The notes: generated from the sequence alone by a model not told the origin. A stretch of 64,000 bases of DNA from Nitrospirales bacterium (GCA_965203295.1 CBDBCZ010000019.1:608001-672000), one strand, 5' to 3'; shown: positions 9,747 through 21,014, counted from the stretch's first letter. A program made the numbers and translations.

Positions 9747-12419
9747 GTGATTCTCATAGTTCATCTACCTGCCGGACATGTGCGCCGGGCGTTGGATTGG
9801 TTGTCAAGGTATTCAATCAGAAAAGCCTGGTGGGTCCTATGCTTGGCAGCACTGGTGACCATTATTTCCGCTACGTATTCCGTTAAAAATCTTGGTATCA
9901 ATACCGACATGACGGATATGCTTTCACCGGACTTGCCATTCCGTCAGTTTCAAGAAGAGTATCAACAGAAGTTCCCGCAGTATCCTCACTCACTTATTCT
10001 GGTTATTGAGGCCGATACCCCGGAGATGGCTCATGCGGCAGTCACCACGTTGCGAACACGTTTCAAAAACGCGCACAACTCGATCAAATCGGTCTATGCT
10101 CCGCATGGAGACCCCTTTTTTGAAAAACATTCGCTTCTGTACCTTGATTTTGCTGACCTGAAAGAACTCGCCGAGACTCTAGCCGAATCCAAACCCTTCA
10201 TCGACGAGCTATTACAGGATCCTAGTCTTCATGGGCTGTTTACCATGCTGGGCGAGAGCTACAACAAAACGGATTGGAAGAAGAATTCCCTACTCGATTC
10301 CTTTTTTGTCAGAATCGCGGAGGTCATTCAAGCCAATCTCGCTGGCATTGATTACAGGTTGTCGTGGCATTCAACTATATTGGATCGAGACATGAGTTCG
10401 GCTCACACCGTTCGGTTTCTGGTGGTTCAACCTCACCTCGATTTTCATCAGTTACTGCCAGCTGGGCCTGCGCTCCAGATTATCCGTCGTATTATTGCAG
10501 ATTCACATCTCACGAATGTTCCTGGAGTCCGAGTACGAATAACTGGTGAGGGTGCCCTAGCCCATGAAGAGCTGCTCCTGGTCAGTCAGCGGGCCGGGAT
10601 TGCTGCCGTTCTCGCTTTGGTCATGATTTGCCTTACTCTGCTTGTCGGGCTTCAATCGTTACGACTGATGATCGCCGCATTGGTCATGCTTCTGGTGGGG
10701 TTGGCGTTGAATGCAGGATTTGCCACAGCGGCTATTGGGCATCTCAACATCATTTCTGTGGCTTTCGCTGTATTATTTATCGGTCTCGGAGTTGACTATG
10801 CGATCCATCTTTGTTTGCGGTATCGGGAACTCCTTGGATTAGGGGAATCAAGTGGGCAGGCCCTGCGCCAGAGCATTCGAGATGTTGGCCCTTCCCTGAT
10901 CTTATGTGCAACCACGACATCCATTGCCTTTTATGCTTTTGCTCCCACACATTACGCTGGAATGTCGGAGTTAGGCCTCATATCAGGCACAAGCCTGTTC
11001 ATCGGGTTAATCGTGAGCTTAACAGTCCTTCCAGCCATATTGACGGTATTGCCCCCACATTCTGGAAACAGTCGGTTCAGACAAAGGCCCAGTCGTTTTC
11101 TGACTCCTCTCTACACATTGCCGATTCGTCATGGGAGGGCTATCCGTTGGGGAACCCTCTTGCTCCTCTTCCTATCCCTTTCCCTCCTCGCGAGGGCCAC
11201 GTTCGATCATAATCCCCACAACTTACGAGATCCCGATAGCGAGTCGGTTTCAACATTCAGGTATCTTCTGGATAAAGGGGAAAAGGCTCCGTGGGCGTTA
11301 ACCGTTTTGGCTTCTGATGAAGTTATAGGGAGAGACTACACTTCACGCCTCAGCGAATTGGAAACCGTCGAAAAGGTTTTCACCCTTCAGGATTTCCTCC
11401 CGACCCGACAGGTTGGGAAGTTTTTGTTCCTTCAAGAGATCGCTGGCAATTTTCAAACACCACCAACACAACCCAGACCCCAGCCTACCTCATCAGTCGA
11501 CCGACAGACCTCGGCCATCCAATCATTCCTAAACACATTAGATGTATATATCACGAACAGAAACGGGGAAGACGAACAGGATCCGGCAGTTCTCCTGAGA
11601 GAACGCATCCGGGAATTTCTGAAGCACTTAAACCATTTGGATGGTGAGCCCAAACGTGCACTCCTCGATCGAGTGGAACAGAGCCTTCTCGGCTCTATTC
11701 CACCTGACCCTACGAATGTCCCCATTACTGACCGAATCGGCCCCGTGGCACTTGAGGATTTACCCCGCGAGGTCTCCGAGCAATGGGTCAGCAACGACGG
11801 CACGTATCGCATTCAAGTCGTCCCCAAAGAAGATCTGAGCGATAACGGAGCGTTGCAAAGTTTTGTTAATGAGGTTCGAAATGTCGTTCCTCAAGCGACA
11901 GGGTTGCCTGTGGTCTATCTCGAAGGAGGTCACGAGGTCGTTCGCGCATTTCAACAGGCCTTCTCTTTGGCCATTTTGGGGATCTTTGCCGTACTGGTGA
12001 TGATGTTGAGAAACATCAGGGACACGCTTTTGGTGATTCTTCCCCTATGCCTTGGCGGAATTCTGACAGGAGCCACTACAGTCGCACTGAATATACCGTT
12101 CAATTATGCCAACATTATTGCTCTTCCGTTGATCTTCGGGCTGGGTGCAGACAACGGTATCCATATTGTCGATCGGATGCGCCGAATGCCAGCCCGCTGT
12201 GAGCACTTCCTCCGGTCAAGTACCATGCGGGGCGTATTTTTTAGCGGGCTGACCACCATTCTGAGTTTTAGCAACCTTGCCTACACTCCCCACGTGGGAA
12301 TTGCGAGTATGGGCCAACTATTAGTCATAGGAGTGTTCTTTACATTAGTCTCTTCGGTCGTTGTGTTGCCGGCCTTTCTGTATGCAGATCGGCGCTTACG
12401 ATTCGACGATCACTCCTAA
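9747..12419 (+). CDS. hpnN: Hopanoid transporter HpnN (MMPL/RND family)
   Basis: Two TM clusters with GLGVDYAIH and GLGADNGIH; INTDMTDMLSPDLPFRQ N-terminus; directly after shc. Confidence 0.88.
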   Translation: MILIVHLPAGHVRRALDWLSRYSIRKAWWVLCLAALVTIISATYSVKNLGINTDMTDMLSPDLPFRQFQEEYQQKFPQYPHSLILVIEADTPEMAHAAVTTLRTRFKNAHNSIKSVYAPHGDPFFEKHSLLYLDFADLKELAETLAESKPFIDELLQDPSLHGLFTMLGESYNKTDWKKNSLLDSFFVRIAEVIQANLAGIDYRLSWHSTILDRDMSSAHTVRFLVVQPHLDFHQLLPAGPALQIIRRIIADSHLTNVPGVRVRITGEGALAHEELLLVSQRAGIAAVLALVMICLTLLVGLQSLRLMIAALVMLLVGLALNAGFATAAIGHLNIISVAFAVLFIGLGVDYAIHLCLRYRELLGLGESSGQALRQSIRDVGPSLILCATTTSIAFYAFAPTHYAGMSELGLISGTSLFIGLIVSLTVLPAILTVLPPHSGNSRFRQRPSRFLTPLYTLPIRHGRAIRWGTLLLLFLSLSLLARATFDHNPHNLRDPDSESVSTFRYLLDKGEKAPWALTVLASDEVIGRDYTSRLSELETVEKVFTLQDFLPTRQVGKFLFLQEIAGNFQTPPTQPRPQPTSSVDRQTSAIQSFLNTLDVYITNRNGEDEQDPAVLLRERIREFLKHLNHLDGEPKRALLDRVEQSLLGSIPPDPTNVPITDRIGPVALEDLPREVSEQWVSNDGTYRIQVVPKEDLSDNGALQSFVNEVRNVVPQATGLPVVYLEGGHEVVRAFQQAFSLAILGIFAVLVMMLRNIRDTLLVILPLCLGGILTGATTVALNIPFNYANIIALPLIFGLGADNGIHIVDRMRRMPARCEHFLRSSTMRGVFFSGLTTILSFSNLAYTPHVGIASMGQLLVIGVFFTLVSSVVVLPAFLYADRRLRFDDHS

Positions 12420-12722
12420 TTCTTTCCCTCTTTTCCCTTGGTGTCCTGACTGAGGAAGCGACATCCCGATCACATGAATCAGATGACTCTCGGTACGAGG
12501 GCGGCCATGTGGCTTAGCCCTTAATTTCTGAACGTTTTTTTTGTCTCTGCGTCTTGGAGAGTGCGAGATGCTATGGGAATGGGATCGGGCTGACTCTTAA
12601 TCAGCGGGACGTTAACGGAACATCCCCGGTGGGATAATCATGGCTGGGTTAGAGATGATGGCTATTGGAGTTCTTAATCGAATCAAAGATCGTCTGGGCT
12701 AAACGAGGGAAAGCTATACGCG

Positions 12723-13820
12723 CTAGCACCAGGAACCTGGCTGGCAAATCTTCTCCGGGGCTGTAGAGGGGACCTGCTCCGACACGTGGACGGGATGGGC
12801 GAGATCGGATTCACACCACGTACCGAGTCGGTATTCTTTGATGGATTGGTCAATATGGGCAATACCAGACATTTGGGTAAAAGCAGGTGTGGTTCCGTTG
12901 AGAGATGGGGTTGTTTCCTTTTTTGCCAGGAGGGCATAACTCCCATTAGAAGAAGGATGAGAACCGTTAGAGGAAGGGCGAAAGCCATTAGAGGAGGGGT
13001 AAGAACCATTAGAAGACGGGTAAGAGCCGTTCAGTTTTCCCTCTCCATTCAGGCTTTGCTGAAAAGACTTCTGGGCTACAACTAAAGCGGGATTATCCTT
13101 TTGAATTTTAGCCAACAACTGTTCACCTTCTTTTCGTAATTCGTGACGGGGGTGTTCCTTCATAAAAGCTAGGAGCCAATCTTGCGACCATTCAGGCACT
13201 CCCAGCTTCTCAAAGGTTTGAGCCAACCGCAGTTGCGCGTCGCCAGCCTTTTCGAGGCAGGGATAGGTTTTGGCTACCATTTCAAAACGATGAGCAGCCG
13301 CCAAATAAGCTTCTTTTCGAAAATAAAATTGACCGACAAAGATGTTGTGTTGGGCTAACAGGTCTTGGCATTCAAGAATCTTTTCTTCGGCCTCTTTTCG
13401 GTGTCGATTTTCGGGAAACTCCTTCAGTAATACTTCGAAGCTGGCTATGGCTTTTTGAATAGGTTCAGGGTCTCGATCAATGGTCTTAATCATTTTGAAA
13501 TGGCTCATGGCCAGCTTATATTGGGCATAGGGTGCTAAGACATGGCTTCGATGAAGATACAAAAAATGATTATATTCCACCATCGCTTCAGCATAGGATT
13601 CTTTTTCGTGAAATGCCTCTGCTCGTTTCATAATGACGTTGGGGTCATAGGTCATTTCCAGAGAGTCTCCCACGAAGATTTGTTCGTCTGTTCCACTAAA
13701 GACTCTCTCCTCTGGGGAGGCGATATCAGGCGTACTGGAACAGCCGACGACCCAAAGAATGACCAAAGGAATCCCCCAAATGAAACTTACGAAGGTCAAT
13801 GGCATTTTTCGTCTAGACAA
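12723..13820 (-). CDS. bamD: Outer-membrane assembly lipoprotein BamD with repeat-containing C-terminal extension
   Basis: VGC lipobox, TPR helices, IDRDPEP, VGQFYFRKEAYLAAAHRF. Confidence 0.85.
   Translation of the reverse strand: MSRRKMPLTFVSFIWGIPLVILWVVGCSSTPDIASPEERVFSGTDEQIFVGDSLEMTYDPNVIMKRAEAFHEKESYAEAMVEYNHFLYLHRSHVLAPYAQYKLAMSHFKMIKTIDRDPEPIQKAIASFEVLLKEFPENRHRKEAEEKILECQDLLAQHNIFVGQFYFRKEAYLAAAHRFEMVAKTYPCLEKAGDAQLRLAQTFEKLGVPEWSQDWLLAFMKEHPRHELRKEGEQLLAKIQKDNPALVVAQKSFQQSLNGEGKLNGSYPSSNGSYPSSNGFRPSSNGSHPSSNGSYALLAKKETTPSLNGTTPAFTQMSGIAHIDQSIKEYRLGTWCESDLAHPVHVSEQVPSTAPEKICQPGSWC
12936..13032 (-). repeat. In-frame degenerate 21-bp tandem repeat (NGS[Y/H]PSS, about 4.5 copies)
   Basis: Protein NGSYPSS-NGSYPSS-NGFRPSS-NGSHPSS-NGSY. 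Confidence 0.85.
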
Positions 13821-14023
13821 CTCGTGGGACCTCCTGCTACAAGACTAAGGTGTTTAACCTAAAAAAATATATCAAACAAAATGGTTTCCAGCAAGCTTTA
13901 ACTGGGTTTGGCCCCTCCGCGAATTCTTGGCCAGAGTTGGCGGAGTCACATTACCAGACTCTTTTTCATCGCGGATGCAGCAACGAAGGGTGACTTTTTG
14001 TCATTCCTTCAAGATTTAAGATA

Positions 14024-15025
14024 ATGGCAACAACGTTTTCTACACGAATCGTCGGAACAGGGTCGTATTTGCCTAGCCCGGTCATTGAAAATACCGAGGC
14101 TGGCCGGGTTCGTGGAATGGATGACAAAGAGGTCCACCGTGTGACAGGCATCCGCACTCGTCGGTGGGCTATGTCAGATGAAGAGTGTTCAGGGTTGGCT
14201 GATGAGGCTGCTCGTCGAGCGTTGGACTCGGCTGGGGTCGCAAGTGGGGAAATTGAAGCTATTCTCGTTTCTACGACCTCTCCAGATACGATCTTTCCGT
14301 CCACAGCTTGCCACCTCCAACGTCGATTGGGCATACGAGGAATCCCTGCCTTTGATGTGGCCGCTTCTTGTACTGGCTTTCTTTATGGCTTATCTCTTGC
14401 TGATTCCTTTATCCGTTCTGGACAATTTTCCTGTTGTTTGGTCGTTGCCTCAGAGGTGAAGTCTCGGTCCCTTGATACGACAGACGGTGAAAGTCGAATT
14501 CTTTTTGGGGATGGGGCGGGGGCTGCCGTAGTGGTCAGGGAACCCTTCTGTCAAGATTCGCCTACAGGGATTCTTGCCCTTCGTGTCTATTCGGACGGTG
14601 CCTATCATGATTTGGTCAAAGTGCCAGCTGGTGGATCCCGACATCCTACCACTCAGGAAACCGTTCAGAAACAACTGCATGGGATTCAACTGGATGGCGG
14701 GGTGTTGTTTCGGACAGCAGTCAAGTGGCTTTGTTTAGCCGTCGGTCAACTTCTCGATGAGTTTCATCTGCAAACTGCCGATGTGAAGCAGTTCATTATG
14801 CATCAGGCCAATGCTCGAATGTTGACGGCTATTGCAAAACGGTTACACGTGTCTGAAGAAATCCTTTTTTCCATGGTAGAAGATTTCGGAAACACTTCGT
14901 CGGCTTCCCTGCCCATTGCCTTGGATCATGCCTTTCGGCAGAGGAAATTTTGTACTGATGATCTGATTCTCCTTGGGGCTTTCGGTGGAGGGCTTACCTG
15001 GGGAACGGCACTGGTTCGGTGGTAG
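14024..15025 (+). CDS. fabH: 3-oxoacyl-ACP synthase III
   Basis: AASCTGF (Cys), HQAN (His), GNTSSAS (Asn), FGGGLTWG. Confidence 0.92.
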   Translation: MATTFSTRIVGTGSYLPSPVIENTEAGRVRGMDDKEVHRVTGIRTRRWAMSDEECSGLADEAARRALDSAGVASGEIEAILVSTTSPDTIFPSTACHLQRRLGIRGIPAFDVAASCTGFLYGLSLADSFIRSGQFSCCLVVASEVKSRSLDTTDGESRILFGDGAGAAVVVREPFCQDSPTGILALRVYSDGAYHDLVKVPAGGSRHPTTQETVQKQLHGIQLDGGVLFRTAVKWLCLAVGQLLDEFHLQTADVKQFIMHQANARMLTAIAKRLHVSEEILFSMVEDFGNTSSASLPIALDHAFRQRKFCTDDLILLGAFGGGLTWGTALVRW

Positions 15026-15205
15026 CATCCTCTCCTTCTTGATCATTTAGAATCATGCGATCCCTGTTGACGAAAGAAGGGGCCATGGCATATGGTCACA
15101 ACGTGTGACAAGCAGACTGCTCAAAGGGGCTGTCTTTGAAAAAGGGCATTCAACACCGGTTAGGTTTTATTTAGATAGAGATATATAGAGAGAGAGGAGG
15201 AAGCG

Positions 15206-16141
15206 GTGAAAATTTACCTTGCGAGCCCCAGAGGATTTTGCGCTGGTGTTGATCGAGCCATTGAAATTGTCGAACTCTCTCTGAAAACATACGGAGCCCC
15301 AATTTATGTCCGTCATGAAATTGTCCACAGTCGGCATGTCGTGAACTCTTTACTTGAACGAGGAGCTGTCTTTGTCGAAGAATTGGATGAAGTGCCTGAT
15401 GGGTCCATCGTGATCTTTAGTGCCCATGGAGTGGCGAAGTCGGTCTGGGAGGAATCTCGACGGCGGAACCTGAAGGTCATCGATGCCACCTGCCCATTGG
15501 TGATTAAAGTCCATAATGAGGTCAATCGAGATTACACGAAGGAGTATGAGCTGATATTGATCGGGCACGCTGGGCATCCTGAGGTTGTTGGGACGTTGGG
15601 TCAAGTCCCGGATAAATTTCACTTGGTGTCTTCTGTGGAGGATGTGGAAGGGTTGGAAGTTGAAAATCTTCACCATCTTTCCTATGTGACCCAAACGACC
15701 TTAAGCGTTGATGAATGCAGGGAAATTGTTGAAGCCTTGAATCGACGATTCCCAGGGATTAAAGGTCCACATCAGGAGGACATTTGTTACGCAACCCAAA
15801 ATCGACAGAATGCCGTAAAGGAACTAGCCAGATTTGTTGATGTCATATTGGTCATCGGATCTCCCAATAGTTCAAATTCTAACCGTCTTCGTGAGCTTGC
15901 CGAACGTTTTGAAATTCCCTCCTATTTGATCGATTCCTATCGTGATATCCAGAGGGAATGGCTCGAAAACGTCAAAGCGATCGGAATTGCCGCAGGGGCT
16001 TCAGCCCCAGAAGTGTTAGTCACGGAAGTGGTCGCCTACCTTCGAGATTTTGGTGCGGAGGAGGTAGAAGAATTGTCTGTTATTGAAGAAGATGTGGAGT
16101 TTCTCCTTCCCAAGGAATTGCTCATGCCACAAAAAGGCTAG
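15206..16141 (+). CDS. ispH: 4-hydroxy-3-methylbut-2-enyl diphosphate reductase
   Basis: [44 protein letters not shown] and GTG start. Confidence 0.96.
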   Translation: MKIYLASPRGFCAGVDRAIEIVELSLKTYGAPIYVRHEIVHSRHVVNSLLERGAVFVEELDEVPDGSIVIFSAHGVAKSVWEESRRRNLKVIDATCPLVIKVHNEVNRDYTKEYELILIGHAGHPEVVGTLGQVPDKFHLVSSVEDVEGLEVENLHHLSYVTQTTLSVDECREIVEALNRRFPGIKGPHQEDICYATQNRQNAVKELARFVDVILVIGSPNSSNSNRLRELAERFEIPSYLIDSYRDIQREWLENVKAIGIAAGASAPEVLVTEVVAYLRDFGAEEVEELSVIEEDVEFLLPKELLMPQKG

Positions 16142-16355
16142 AGCCGAGGTGCTATCTGGCGAGTGAGGCATTCCTTGAGTCTTGCCAGTCACTCTCTTCA
16201 GTCCACAACATTTAGATCTTCCAGTTTCCTTATCCCACAATACTTAGTATTATAGTTTTGATTTTTTTTGAAGGCTGTGGTAGATCAACGTCTCGGCGGG
16301 CTTCCCCATGAGAAGTTGATTTATTTCTCGAAGGAACGCAAGAAAGGATTTTTGC

Positions 16356-19300
16356 ATGCAACTTCAATCCATGATTGTCACCGGATTCAAGTCTTTTCCT
16401 CAGGCCAAGCTGGAATTTCCCAGAGGAATCACAGCTTTTGTGGGGCCCAATGGTGCTGGGAAAAGTAATGTCGTTGATGCCATCTTGTGGGTCTTGGGGG
16501 AGCAAAGCACCAAAGCGTTAAGAAGTGAGAAAATGGAGGATGTGATTTTCAATGGGACGGAAACACGGAAAGCATTAAGCATGGCCGAGGTTTCCCTGGT
16601 GTTAACAGAGGTCAACGGCAAGGAATTGGAGGCTCTCGCCCCCGTTCTTGATGAGCTTCCCGGAACGAAGGAGCTCATGGTAACCCGGCGCTTGTTCCGT
16701 GATGGAGAGAGTGAATATTTTATCAACAAAATCCCCTGTCGTCTCAAAGATATTCGAGGATTGTTTTTGGAAGCACGGGCTGGAACGAGGGGTCATACGG
16801 TCATTGAACAGGGAAATATCGACCAAATATTGAACGCATCACCACACGAGCGACGTGGATTTATTGAAGAGACGGCAGGGATCGGACGGTATAAAAAACA
16901 GAAATCTGAGGCTGTACGAAAACTTCAATCGACTGAACAAAATTTACTGAGGGTTCGGGATATCATTGCCGAAGTCAAAGGACAGTTGCGTGGACTTGAA
17001 CGACAAGCCCGGCAGGCCGAGGAATATCAGCGTCTTCGTGAAGAGTCCCGAACTCTGGAGATCCAATTGCTCAAGGTCGATTATGGGGAACTCCAAAAGA
17101 AACGAGGTGAAATCGATGAGGCGTTGGCGGAATGTGAAATGCGAGAATCTCGCCAGATGGCAGAAGAAGCACGGGTTATGGCCGGTCACGAACACACGAA
17201 GGAAGCCGTGCTCCGGGACGGTGATTCGGCCAGTCAAAGGCAGGGAGACCTCAGAGCAGTCGAACAGGAAATGGGCCAGGCTCTGACGACTCTCGAAGTT
17301 CAGCGCAATCAATTACTCATGTATGGAGAGCAACTGGCTCAAGTGAAAGAGGGGACGACTCAATTACTAGAAGCCTCTCAACAGGCCCAGAATGCTTCAG
17401 CTGAGCTGCAAGATAAAATTGTTCAAGCTGAATATGATATAGAGGATCAGTCCACGCTTCTCGAGGAAATCGAAGAGAAAGGACGGGAGTTATTCACATC
17501 TCGGGCGACAACACAACAGCATTTGGAGGCCTCACGTCAGCGAAATATAGAAATAGCCATTGAATGCACCAATGCAGAGAATCAGAAGAGAAGTTTAAAG
17601 GAACAGCGATTATCGCTTACTCAAAGAAGTGAGCAATTACAAGAAGAAGATCGTGAATTTCAAGGACAACTTGACCACCTTCTGCTCGAGTTGCGAGATC
17701 AGCAAAACCAACAGCAGGAGCTCACCCATTCTCTCAATGAAACCCGTGACCTTCAGGAGAAGGAGCAGGAAGCCATCCAATCCTTGGAATATGAATTACA
17801 CGGCGTCGAGACGAAACTTGTCTCCTATCAATCTGATCATGCTGCAGCAGAATCGAGACTTGAGGCTTTGCAAGCGGTCTTGTTGGAAGAGTTTGGGTAT
17901 GCGCGAGAAGGGGAGCCAGAAAGCCCGACCATTCGGCGGGACTGTCAGGGTGTGTTAGAGGCCATCGCGGAACGGCTCGAGGTGCCACAAGAGTTCGAGC
18001 AAGCGATTGAAGCGATATTAGGGGAGAAAGTTCGAGCTTGGGTTGTGCAAGACATTGAGAGTGCCAAAGAGGCAATATCGTTTTCTAAAGCCAGCAATCT
18101 GGGTCGGGCAACGTTTGTCCCTGTTCATCCGTATCGTCTTGGGGGAGAAGAGGATGTCAATAGCCAGGAACCTTTGTGGTGGGCGGATCTTAAACATCAT
18201 GACGGAATAGTAGGGCGAGCCCTGGATGTCATTCAAGTCCCCGAAGACCTCCGATCTGCTTGGTCATGCTTTTTGGACCGAGTGGTCATTGTTCGAACCA
18301 TGGGGGTGGCACTTGAGTTGATTGCGCAAAAGCCATGGCCGGAATCGAAAGCTCCTCTTTTCGTGTCGCTTGACGGGGAAGTGATCAACGTGTTCGGAGT
18401 GATTTCCGGTGGGTCTTCGGGGAACTCTATGGGAATGCTTCGGCGGCGTCGGGAGATTCGAAAGCTGGAACTTCAGCTAGAATCTCTGTCCAGGATATTG
18501 GGAGAGAATTATCAAAAACGGCAAAGTCTTGGAATAGGATGTGAGGCTGCCAAGAGTCGCGCTTTTGCCTTTGATGAGATCATCAAAGAATCTGAATTGC
18601 GGTCGGTCCTGATTGAAAAAGAAATATTGAGCCTCAACCAGAAAATTGAAAACCTGGAGAGCAAAATTCAAACTGTCCATCATGATCAATCCTTAGCTCA
18701 AGAAGACCTGGTTCGTACCCAGAGGGAAATAGATTCGGCTCAGAGTCGTCTATCAGAATTAGACCGTGAAAAATCTCAATGCGAACGAGAGCTTCAGGAA
18801 TTGAATCAGGTTTTTGAAGAGATGGAAAGACAATCTGCTGAGGTACAGAATCGAATCACGGATGCCCGGTTGACACTGGCGACGCTTCGGGAACGTCTTG
18901 ATCGACATCAAGGTGATGTGTCGAGACTTCAGCAGGAAGAGTCAGATCGGCAATCCCAGCTTCAAGAGCTCGATCAAAAAATGAATACGTTGATTGATCA
19001 AAGTCGTCAAAGCCAGCTTGAACAGGATCAATTAGAACAGATATTGCGCGAGTTAGAGGTCAAAAAGGATGCGATCCAATCCGAGTTCGTGTTAGTAGAA
19101 GAGCGGCATGCTGAAGGTCTCATGAAAACGAAGGAATTGGAACAGGAACTGGCTTCAATTCGAAAGAGTTTTTCAGAAACCCGGGGAGAGCGCAGTACGG
19201 CTGAAGTTCGATTAGCTGAGGTTCGAACTCGCGTGGAAACGCTCGAAGAAACTCTCCGAGGAACCTATGAATTGATGCCTGAAGAAGTCTTTGCCGAGAA

Positions 19301-20033
19301 TTCCGGAAATAATCTGGGTGAAGTTGAGGAGCTTTCCGAGGAACGATTGCGAGAATGGCGTGAGCGTTTGCAGGTCATTCGGAATCGGATAGAACGAATA
19401 GGCCCAATCAATCTGGTTGCCATTGAAGAACATCGGGAATTGGAAGAACGCTATAGCTTTTTATCTAAACAAGAGCAGGACTTGTCCGAATCGATCGGAG
19501 CTCTTCAGGAGATTATCCAGCGGTTGAATAAAAAGACTCATCACTTATTTGAAGAGACGTTCCAGGCCTTGCAAGAAAAATTCAACGAAGTATTTTCTGC
19601 CCTGTTTGCGGGCGGAAAAGCTGAGTTGATCTTGGTAAAACCAGAAGAAGATGGAGAATCAGATGGGGGAAGGGAAGACCCGGGTGTCGATATCGTTGCG
19701 CAGCCGCCCGGCAAACGGTTGAAAAATTTGGCCATGTTGTCCGGCGGGGAAAAGACGTTGACTGTCCTAGCCTTGATGTTTGCCAGCTTCTTAATCAAGC
19801 CATCTCCGTTTTGTATTCTCGATGAGGTTGATGCCCCCTTAGATGAACCCAATGTGCTACGATTTGCACGGTTTCTGAGCCAAATGTCTGAGCATTCCCA
19901 ATTTATCGTGATCACCCACAATAAGGGCACCATGGAAATCTCGGACTCGCTCTTTGGAGTGACGATGGAGGAAGTCGGAGTTTCGAAATTTGTTTCTGTC
20001 CGATTGACCGAATTAGAACGTGTTTCCGGTTAA
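16356..20033 (+). CDS. smc: Chromosome segregation protein SMC
   Basis: GPNGAGKSN Walker A, long coiled coils with hinge (LGRATFVP), LSGGEK, LDEVDAPLD. Confidence 0.96.
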   Translation: MQLQSMIVTGFKSFPQAKLEFPRGITAFVGPNGAGKSNVVDAILWVLGEQSTKALRSEKMEDVIFNGTETRKALSMAEVSLVLTEVNGKELEALAPVLDELPGTKELMVTRRLFRDGESEYFINKIPCRLKDIRGLFLEARAGTRGHTVIEQGNIDQILNASPHERRGFIEETAGIGRYKKQKSEAVRKLQSTEQNLLRVRDIIAEVKGQLRGLERQARQAEEYQRLREESRTLEIQLLKVDYGELQKKRGEIDEALAECEMRESRQMAEEARVMAGHEHTKEAVLRDGDSASQRQGDLRAVEQEMGQALTTLEVQRNQLLMYGEQLAQVKEGTTQLLEASQQAQNASAELQDKIVQAEYDIEDQSTLLEEIEEKGRELFTSRATTQQHLEASRQRNIEIAIECTNAENQKRSLKEQRLSLTQRSEQLQEEDREFQGQLDHLLLELRDQQNQQQELTHSLNETRDLQEKEQEAIQSLEYELHGVETKLVSYQSDHAAAESRLEALQAVLLEEFGYAREGEPESPTIRRDCQGVLEAIAERLEVPQEFEQAIEAILGEKVRAWVVQDIESAKEAISFSKASNLGRATFVPVHPYRLGGEEDVNSQEPLWWADLKHHDGIVGRALDVIQVPEDLRSAWSCFLDRVVIVRTMGVALELIAQKPWPESKAPLFVSLDGEVINVFGVISGGSSGNSMGMLRRRREIRKLELQLESLSRILGENYQKRQSLGIGCEAAKSRAFAFDEIIKESELRSVLIEKEILSLNQKIENLESKIQTVHHDQSLAQEDLVRTQREIDSAQSRLSELDREKSQCERELQELNQVFEEMERQSAEVQNRITDARLTLATLRERLDRHQGDVSRLQQEESDRQSQLQELDQKMNTLIDQSRQSQLEQDQLEQILRELEVKKDAIQSEFVLVEERHAEGLMKTKELEQELASIRKSFSETRGERSTAEVRLAEVRTRVETLEETLRGTYELMPEEVFAENSGNNLGEVEELSEERLREWRERLQVIRNRIERIGPINLVAIEEHRELEERYSFLSKQEQDLSESIGALQEIIQRLNKKTHHLFEETFQALQEKFNEVFSALFAGGKAELILVKPEEDGESDGGREDPGVDIVAQPPGKRLKNLAMLSGGEKTLTVLALMFASFLIKPSPFCILDEVDAPLDEPNVLRFARFLSQMSEHSQFIVITHNKGTMEISDSLFGVTMEEVGVSKFVSVRLTELERVSG

Positions 20034-20061
20034 GGATCCAATTCCTAACCCTGATTTCACC

Positions 20062-20418
20062 AGCCTACGCGCTCGCCGCTGAAACTCTGGCACGCAAGCG
20101 GCCAAAGTGGCTTTGGCGCGTTGGCGACCGAAGAAACCAGAGAGACCACGGCTGCACGGCCTTCGGAGCCAAAGCTCCTTCCGCCTTCGAGGTACGGAGC
20201 CTTCGGCGGAGTAGGCTATAGACGTGGGGCTCCACCTTCTTGTTCCACCACTCCTTACTCTGTTAATCTTTTCCCTAGCAGGCTGTTGAGAAAGGCCGTC
20301 AGCCTACGTTGGAGCCCAAGGCCTTCGTAGGGATTTCCGCCTTCTGGGGCCAGAGCCTTCGGCGGAAGACTCGGCGGAGAAGGCTCAACGCACAGGCGAG
20401 CGAGCCTTTTTGAACAGC
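20062..20418. repeat. Cluster of GC-rich palindromic repeats including a 137-bp TIR-bounded element
   Basis: TTCCGCCTTC...GAGCCTTCGGCGGA hairpin occurs twice (about 20179-20210 and 20335-20366); imperfect IRs GCTGTTGAGAAAGGC (20282-20296) and GCCTTTTTGAACAGC (20404-20418). Confidence 0.6.
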
Positions 20419-20459
20419 TTTCAATCTATTACTTTTAACCATTTTGCAAGGAGAGTCCT

Positions 20460-20891
20460 ATGGGAGAAATAGATACCGCACCAGCAGCACCCGCAAAACC
20501 GATGATTGATTTGACTGCGTTAGAGGTTGATCCGGCTGTGGGAGAACGACTGTATAAAGCCGCGTTTGTTCATTCCAAGCAAGGTACGACCTATCGGATG
20601 TTAGCCAAAACTCTCTGTGATGGTAACGTAGACTTGGTCCATTTTATCTGTGATCTGGACTCTGATGGTACGATGTTTGGCAAACGACGAATCCGTCGAA
20701 TACACACGCAACCAGTGGAACGGTTTGAAGTTGAGATTAAGGCCATTCAGAAGGAGATTGAGGACAAAGGAGAGGAACTTCAGGGAGTGTGGCAGCATGA
20801 CCTCACTGAGATCAAAGATGTCGCTGAACAAAAATCCAGCCTGGACGCCTGGGTCCTTCAAATAGCAAAAGAGATTGCTCCATCATCATAG
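20460..20891 (+). CDS. Hypothetical protein
   Basis: 143-aa ORF with AAGGAG RBS and protein-like composition. Confidence 0.75.
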   Translation: MGEIDTAPAAPAKPMIDLTALEVDPAVGERLYKAAFVHSKQGTTYRMLAKTLCDGNVDLVHFICDLDSDGTMFGKRRIRRIHTQPVERFEVEIKAIQKEIEDKGEELQGVWQHDLTEIKDVAEQKSSLDAWVLQIAKEIAPSS

Positions 20892-21014
20892 GATCGAGGT
20901 CTTCCCCTTGACGACATCCAGTGCTCTTTTCTGTATGACCAATCCTCATGTCCATGGAGGATAACTGGACTGGATTTTGACAGAGATCTCATGGTGATTT
21001 CTCAATCTCCCACT

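Noticed and set aside
20088..20103. Sigma-54 promoter TGGCACGCAAGCGGC
   Set aside because: -12 element is CGGC rather than TTGC and it lies inside the repeat cluster
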